A stretch of DNA of 11,726 nucleotides from contig JBHLKY010000046.1 of assembly GCA_048886185.1 (NCBI GenBank), positions 1-11,726 on the forward strand. Direction: 5' to 3'. This DNA comes from Candidatus Hermodarchaeota archaeon. GTDB lineage: Archaea > Asgardarchaeota > Heimdallarchaeia > Hodarchaeales > Hodarchaeaceae. Positions 7,191 through 11,726 of the stretch are shown in pieces. Positions within the stretch are counted from its first letter, which is position 1. Every line of letters begins with the position of its first letter. Both the position numbers and the translations under genes were made by a program. The notes under the pieces are model-generated. The model was not told the DNA's origin. It searched no databases and saw only the letters and a list, made by a program, of their open reading frames with translations.

Positions 7191-8027
7191 TCATTTGGAG
7201 AGTTTAGAACCACAGATTGAACAAAACTCTTGATTTATAGAAACTTCTCCCCCACAACTATCACAGAGAGACTGAACTCTTGAATTATAAATATCTTGCT
7301 TTGCTTGGGGAAGTAGTGGAGATGAAGGGCCACTAGGAGGTGCTTTATGGGAAGAGGTGAATTGACTTGAGGAGAACTGACCAATTTGATAAAGGGCTTC
7401 AGTCTGTTTCCGAGAACGAAATCTCAGAATAAAGATCGCCACGACGACTCCTCCTACCCCAAGAATAACCGCTACTATGATAATAGGTGACAAGGGCCTG
7501 TTAGTAAAAGTAGTATTATTCACCTCCTCACGAAATTCGTTAAATCCTTGTGTGTCAGTCATAAACACAGAAACTTTATTTGAAGCTACCACGGAAACAC
7601 TAGCAAAAGAGTAACCTCCAAGGAGAATACTTGAAGACAAATTTAACCAAAGATATTCTTGAGAGTCTAATGATAATTCATAAGAAACGGGCACATCAGG
7701 AAAAAGACTGCCCCCTTCTCGAAGAAAAACAGTATATTCAACTGCAGCTGTTGGACGATTGCGATAGTATTCACCTGCTGAATAACCTGTGTTTTCAATA
7801 ACCAGAATATGAAACCCTTCAGCTAGCGTGAGATTAAATGAACATTGTTTGGTCTCAAGAACCAAAGTGCCTTCACAATACCTGAAGGAAGTACCTGGGA
7901 AAATTACAAGAAAATTTGTTAACACCTGGAAGGTTAAAAGGAAAAAAACGAAACCGACACGGGGAGAGTGCATCAAGAAACACATCCAGAAAAACCTGAT
8001 TCTCATAACTAAAAAACTTATCTCCAA
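7191..8027 (-). CDS. Membrane-anchored protein: N-terminal signal/TM, extracellular domain, TM, Pro/Ser linker and C-terminal double-CxxC zinc ribbon
   Basis: VGFVFFLLTFQVL signal; IIIVAVILGVGGVVVAIFIL TM followed by RFRSRK; terminal CDSCGGEVSINQEFCSICGSKL. The track start is TTG; the true start is probably ATG 8006, 7985 or 7973. Confidence 0.85.
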   Translation of the reverse strand: MEISFLVMRIRFFWMCFLMHSPRVGFVFFLLTFQVLTNFLVIFPGTSFRYCEGTLVLETKQCSFNLTLAEGFHILVIENTGYSAGEYYRNRPTAAVEYTVFLREGGSLFPDVPVSYELSLDSQEYLWLNLSSSILLGGYSFASVSVVASNKVSVFMTDTQGFNEFREEVNNTTFTNRPLSPIIIVAVILGVGGVVVAIFILRFRSRKQTEALYQIGQFSSSQFTSSHKAPPSGPSSPLLPQAKQDIYNSRVQSLCDSCGGEVSINQEFCSICGSKLSK

Positions 8028-8308
8028 AGTTGAACAATTAACACGGATTGGCAGAAGGATTGACTTTTATAGGCTGAATAAAATCGTCAAATACGAGATT
8101 ATGTTAAATTACCCTCGCGATATTTGTATTACTGTTAGTCGTTGTCGCTATTATATTGGGATGGTTACAAATACAAACTTCTTTCTCACTCAATATGCCA
8201 CTCAAAATGCAGACAACCTAGTGTTTTGCGATTATGTAAAGAGACAAAAAGAGAATACCATGTGCGGTTCTGGTTAAATCCTCTTTCAATTAGAAATAAT
8301 AGTACAAA

Positions 8309-8419
8309 AGCGGATAAGTACTAAACTGATACCGCTCTAGGAGAAACACCTGACTCCTGAAGCCACCTGACGATAGGTCCGCTGAATTTCCCCACGGGGA
8401 GCCCTTGTGCGATTAGTGG
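8309..8419 (+). repeat. Intergenic repeat R7 (near full length, short linker)
   Basis: AGCGGATAAGTACTAAACTGATACCGCTCTAGGAGAAACACCTGACTCCTGAAGCCACCTGACGATAGGTCCGCTGAATTTCCCCACGGGGAGCCCTTGTGCGATTAGTGG. Confidence 0.93.
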
Positions 8420-8722
8420 TAAGAGGGTTTTACATTGTATATAACCATTCAGACAGAACATAATTCACTAGATGTGTGTGATTTGAAGACTCATCAGAAA
8501 ATAAGAACCCGAATGGATTTCCAATAGAATAACTTAAGAGTTCCGACAAAAAAATCGAAATGAGTGGATTTTTTCCCAAATCCGAGGAAAGTTCACACGA
8601 CACCGGGAGAGATTCTCGAGATAACCTTTTATTTATTCACTCTGCTTCATTCGTGGTGTTGGGTTCATTCATTGAAAAATTTGGAATTTGTGCATTCAGA
8701 ATTAAGAAGATATGAGAAAATA

Positions 8723-8839
8723 ATGACTGAGAAAAAAGAACCTATTCTCTGTTGTATTTTCTGCCATTCAGAGTTTTATTCTGTTAAAGAATCTGAAAAT
8801 CATACATGTGCAAAAAAATCACAGAGGAAAGGGAACTAA
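8723..8839 (+). CDS. 38-aa mini zinc-finger protein (C-x2-C-x3-F-x8-H-x-C)
   Basis: This is the C-terminal part of track ORF 8564-8839, starting at ATG 8723: MTEKKEPILCCIFCHSEFYSVKESENHTCAKKSQRKGN. Confidence 0.5.
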   Translation: MTEKKEPILCCIFCHSEFYSVKESENHTCAKKSQRKGN

Positions 8840-8949
8840 CGATTGACACACTGATTATGGAAAAAACTAAACAACCAGATGTTACCATTAGGTTTCAGTT
8901 GCTTGTTTAAGGAATGATGAGTAAAGGATTTTAACCTAGAGAAAAGGAA

Positions 8950-9933
8950 ATGGCAGGGCTGGGTAATAAATCCATTACAAAAAATAAAATCACGAATCTT
9001 ATAGATCAGGGGAAATTAGAAGAGGCTCTTCGTGAACTAAATAATGTAGAAGAGAAAGAAAAAACCCTCTTAATGTTTAAACTCCTTAGAATTAGCATCT
9101 TGACAAAAACTGGGAGATATCATATTGCATTAAGGGAAGCTCTAGAACTGTATTTTACATACATAAAAAATATGCACCTTGACATCATCCTTTCGTTAGC
9201 TGATATTTATTGGCGAATTGGTAAAATACGGGAGGGTTCTGAGATTATAAAAGAAGGAGAAGGGCTTATACCAGAAACAATTCCAACAGAATCTTTACAT
9301 TTACTGAAAAAGCAGTTTTATCTTTTAAATCTCAAAAGTATTTATGCAAGTTCCCAAGGGAAGACACTCCTTGCAATTCGATGCTTAAAACAAAATGTAA
9401 TCCTGTCGAAGAAAATTAATGATCGAAAAGTCACCGCTGATTTATTTGATAAATTAGGAATCTTTTATTTAGATATTAAGCAGCTGAATCTAGCTTTGCG
9501 ATTTTTTCGATCTAGTTTATTCATCTATCGAGAAATTAACTCCAGACATAACATTAGTTGGTTATTATACAGGATGGGGTGGGCTTATCTAATTGATGAA
9601 ACCAATTTAGATCTTGCACTGTGTTATTTTGATCTGAGTCAAAAAATCTCTACAATCATAGATGATAAATACAGTTTAGCTTCAAGCCTATTCTGGTCAG
9701 CAGACATTTTAAAGACAAGGAACGACATTGTTCAAGCATTAAAACTATTTCAAAGAAGCCTGACTCTTTATGAACAAATCCAAAACATGAAAGGGATGGG
9801 ATTGTGCCTTGAAAAGATTAGTCAGATCTATGAGACGAAAAATAATTCAGAAATGGCTAATCAATATTTCCAGAAGAGTCTAGCCGCATGGAGAATAGCT
9901 TACCAATTATATGGGATTCATATACGGTTATAA
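8950..9933 (+). CDS. Tetratricopeptide-repeat (TPR) protein
   Basis: Repeated helical units (A-L--LG--Y------LAL--F--SL-I--E); ATG with AAGGA upstream. Confidence 0.9.
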   Translation: MAGLGNKSITKNKITNLIDQGKLEEALRELNNVEEKEKTLLMFKLLRISILTKTGRYHIALREALELYFTYIKNMHLDIILSLADIYWRIGKIREGSEIIKEGEGLIPETIPTESLHLLKKQFYLLNLKSIYASSQGKTLLAIRCLKQNVILSKKINDRKVTADLFDKLGIFYLDIKQLNLALRFFRSSLFIYREINSRHNISWLLYRMGWAYLIDETNLDLALCYFDLSQKISTIIDDKYSLASSLFWSADILKTRNDIVQALKLFQRSLTLYEQIQNMKGMGLCLEKISQIYETKNNSEMANQYFQKSLAAWRIAYQLYGIHIRL

Positions 9934-10099
9934 AAAGATACGTGAAACTATATTGGAAACAGATTGATGAGAAATGGGTATATTGAAAAATATAGATAAG
10001 ACAGGTAATACTAATGGATGAGAGGACTACAATCTCATAACATCAGAAATTATGAGTATAAAAGAGGTTGGACAGGATTAGAAATGAGAAAGCAGACAC

Positions 10100-10238
10100 A
10101 CCCGAAGGATCAACAGCGGACAAATTTCAGACCGAATCCGCTCTAGGAGAAACCACTGACGCCATCTGACGAGAGATTGTGGAAAAATCTTAATTTCCAC
10201 AATTTTTGAGAAAAATTGGCCCTGGTGCGATTAGTGAC
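10100..10238 (+). repeat. Intergenic repeat R8 (type II centre, 7-nt deletion, long linker)
   Basis: ACCCGAAGGATCAACAGCGGACAAATTTCAGACCGAATCCGCTCTAGGAGAAACCACTGAC[-TCCTGAA]GCCATCTGACGAGAGATTGTGGAAAAATCTTAATTTCCACAATTTTTGAGAAAAATTGGCCCTGGTGCGATTAGTGAC. It contains perfect inverted repeats ATTGTGGAAA/TTTCCACAAT (10176-10203) and AATTTTT/AAAAATT (10201-10217). Confidence 0.93.
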
Positions 10239-10244
10239 AGGAAT

Positions 10245-10811
10245 TCAAGATTCCTTTTTTAACACTTTTAGAATTAAATCATGAAAAATCCTTTCAATCA
10301 CTTCAGTGTCCATAGGGGTGGCTTCATAATAATCCACCCCCAGCACCGCTGCAGAATCCTGCCCATTAACTGAGGGTAAATCGTCAGAACCGGTAATAAT
10401 TCCCACTAACGCAATTGGAGGGGAAGACAGAGGAAAATGGGCTTTAAACTCGTTGTACCAAAATTCGACCGCATCTAACGAACTTTGGTCATTTTTATCA
10501 AAGATAATTATGGCAGCAGAAGCACCACAATAATAACTCGGTCTTAACTTCTTAAAAAATTGTTTACCAGCAGTATTCACAAGAATGAGTTTTATAGATT
10601 GATTGTTGATAGTAATATTCTTAACATACCTCTCTAGCCCTAATGTGGGTAAATGACTTAAAGTGCGCCTCTTGGTATAGTTCGTAATAAATTGAGTCTG
10701 TAACTGAGTGTGATTGCCAATTATGCAAATTTTTAGGGGATATGGGATTTCATTCATGAAATAGCTCCCTTCTTGTGTCATGAAAGATTCGTCTGTTAAG
10801 AATGTATTCAT
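10245..10811 (-). CDS. Rab/Ras-like small GTPase-fold protein with degenerate nucleotide-binding motifs (pseudo-GTPase)
   Basis: It is collinear with Rab: LKICIIG, PTLG, IKLILVNTAG, SYYCGA--AIIIFD---SL--V--W, IALVG, LG-DYYE. G1 is GNHTQLQT, G3 is NTAGK and G4 is GIITG. The likely start is ATG 10757. Confidence 0.85.
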   Translation of the reverse strand: MNTFLTDESFMTQEGSYFMNEIPYPLKICIIGNHTQLQTQFITNYTKRRTLSHLPTLGLERYVKNITINNQSIKLILVNTAGKQFFKKLRPSYYCGASAAIIIFDKNDQSSLDAVEFWYNEFKAHFPLSSPPIALVGIITGSDDLPSVNGQDSAAVLGVDYYEATPMDTEVIERIFHDLILKVLKKES

Positions 10812-10854
10812 TTGATTACTCCAATTACTCCCGACCTTAGCAAGAGATACTCTT

Positions 10855-11346
10855 CTAGTTGTAAATGGTTATGCGAATTAAGAGAGAAATTTCATACAGA
10901 GAAGCTTCAAAGAAGATATACCAAGGAGAACCTGATTCTTCCTTTCGAGGTAATTCAAGGAGAGAAAACAGCAGAGAAATTTGATCCATTTCCTCCTCAG
11001 TAAGTTCAAATTCTTTTGACTCATTAACCGCAAAAGTGGCTGATTCGTTTAATGCTGAGAGGAGAATAGGAATTGTGGAGGCGTGACTTCGAGTTAAATT
11101 TCCAATCGGGAAGGAATAAGAAGAATCAACTTTAGTAATAATTAAAAAATGTGTAGTTTCTTCTCCACCACGAAAAAAACAACCCGAGGAGAAAAAGACC
11201 AGAAGAAGACTTAAAGGCAAGAAGACCTGTCTACGATTGAGAGGAGTCAGCAGAATTTTCAGCTGCATAGATGCTTCCATCCTGTGAACATATAGTGTAA
11301 TCTGAGAATTCGCATTCTTAAAACTATTCATTTCTGAAAAATACAA
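10855..11346 (-). CDS. Probable lipoprotein or secreted protein
   Basis: From ATG 11268: basic residues (NRR), a hydrophobic stretch and a lipobox-like FSSG-C. The track TTG start at 11346 falls inside the 5' extension of R9, so it is unlikely. Confidence 0.7.
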   Translation of the reverse strand: MYFSEMNSFKNANSQITLYVHRMEASMQLKILLTPLNRRQVFLPLSLLLVFFSSGCFFRGGEETTHFLIITKVDSSYSFPIGNLTRSHASTIPILLSALNESATFAVNESKEFELTEEEMDQISLLFSLLELPRKEESGSPWYIFFEASLYEISLLIRITIYN

Positions 11347-11458
11347 ACACAGCGGACAGACATCAGACCGAAGACGCTCTCCGAGACGCTCCTAACTCCT
11401 GAAACCACCTGACAATAGGTCCGCTGAATTTCCACACGGTTAGCCCTTGTGCGATTAG
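11331..11458 (+). repeat. Intergenic repeat R9 (full length, short linker)
   Basis: TTTCTGAAAAATACAAACACAGCGGACAGACATCAGACCGAAGACGCTCTCCGAGACGCTCCTAACTCCTGAAACCACCTGACAATAGGTCCGCTGAATTTCCACACGGTTAGCCCTTGTGCGATTAG. Confidence 0.93.
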
Positions 11459-11726
11459 TAGCTGTCCGTTTAGGAGCAGATGTTCACTCAATAATCTGGC
11501 TTCTTCACTAAAAGCTACCATGAAGCATGTATTCAGGCCGCTTCTACCTGTTTTCCACACAGTAAATAAGAGAAGGAATTTGTTAAGCAAGTTGAACAAC
11601 ATAGAAGAAGTAAAGGATTAAATCAAAGGAAGGGAAAGGCATTAGTAATTGCTAGACATACTGATCAACAAAAATATTAGGAATTCCAGTCGGCCCTTAA
11701 ATCATTCATTTCACTTAATTAACATT

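Noticed and set aside
7028-7207. 59-codon plus-strand ORF starting at the ATG within R6
   Set aside because: The start comes from a repeat variant (CTGATG), there is no recognisable motif, and it overlaps the end of the convergent 7191 gene.
5868-8324. Track ORFs 5868-6062, 6487-6684, 7828-8277 and 8142-8324
   Set aside because: Most are antisense shadows of membrane-protein genes (Lys/Arg-rich mirror of hydrophobic codons). 8142-8324 is motif-less and runs into R7.
8400-8419. Resemblance of GAGCCCTTGTGCGAT to the 5' arm of group II intron domain V, or of GTGCG to an intron 5' end
   Set aside because: The complementary 3' arm of domain V is absent, the downstream sequence is not conserved between copies, and there is no reverse transcriptase ORF.
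8560-8715. 51-aa plus-strand ORF, and the first 53 codons of track ORF 8564-8839
   Set aside because: Three overlapping short frames compete here and none has motif support. Only the Zn-finger portion from 8723 was retained.
10034-10056. Inverted repeat CTCATAA-N9-TTATGAG
   Set aside because: A single 7-bp AT-rich inverted repeat with no second copy is compatible with chance.
11388-11446. Canonical attC reading of the repeat (minus strand GGCTAAC...GTTAGGA, ~57 bp apart in R9)
   Set aside because: The CTAAC is present at this position only in R5 and R9 (CTGAC in R2 and R7), GTTAG is missing in R3, R4, R7 and R8, and the would-be L boxes pair only through G-T wobbles with a 6-nt bulge. It is not a supportable classical attC.
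2352-11458. CRISPR array
   Set aside because: The units are up to ~140 bp and divergent, and they are separated by 0.5-1.7 kb gene-containing intervals rather than 30-45 nt spacers. No cas genes are present.
11530-11565. Possible degenerate repeat fragment (AGGCCGCT...TTTCCACACAGTAA)
   Set aside because: Only two short matches with the wrong spacing, so it is not distinguishable from chance by eye.
10812-11602. Track ORFs 10812-11003 and 11363-11602
   Set aside because: The first is antisense to the lipoprotein gene. The second reads through repeat R9 and has no motif.

Overview
This 11.7 kb window is AT-rich accessory DNA, probably from an Asgard archaeon. That assignment is inferred from a Rab-like small GTPase fold, a PAN-like coiled coil, and TPR and Ig-repeat surface proteins. 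After a large beta-helix/Ig-like surface-protein gene (80-2281), the rest of the window is punctuated by a family of intergenic repeats up to about 140 bp long. There are nine loci (R1-R9, at about 2352, 3035, 3950, 4771, 6280, 6951, 8309, 10100 and 11331) plus one extra partial copy, all in the same orientation. Each interval between repeats holds only one or two unrelated genes, and most minus-strand genes stop 6-30 nt beyond the 3' end of a repeat. The repeat has a fixed-span inverted pairing with a compensatory base change between copies, and its copies are modular mosaics. The region therefore resembles an integron-like gene-cassette array built on a non-canonical, structured recombination or insertion site; no integrase or transposase is present in the window. 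The cargo includes a TRASH-type Zn-finger membrane protein missed by the ORF track, a HicB-DinB fusion, a PAN-coiled-coil chimera, membrane proteins, a Zn-ribbon membrane protein, a mini Zn finger, a TPR protein, a Rab-like pseudo-GTPase and a probable lipoprotein.
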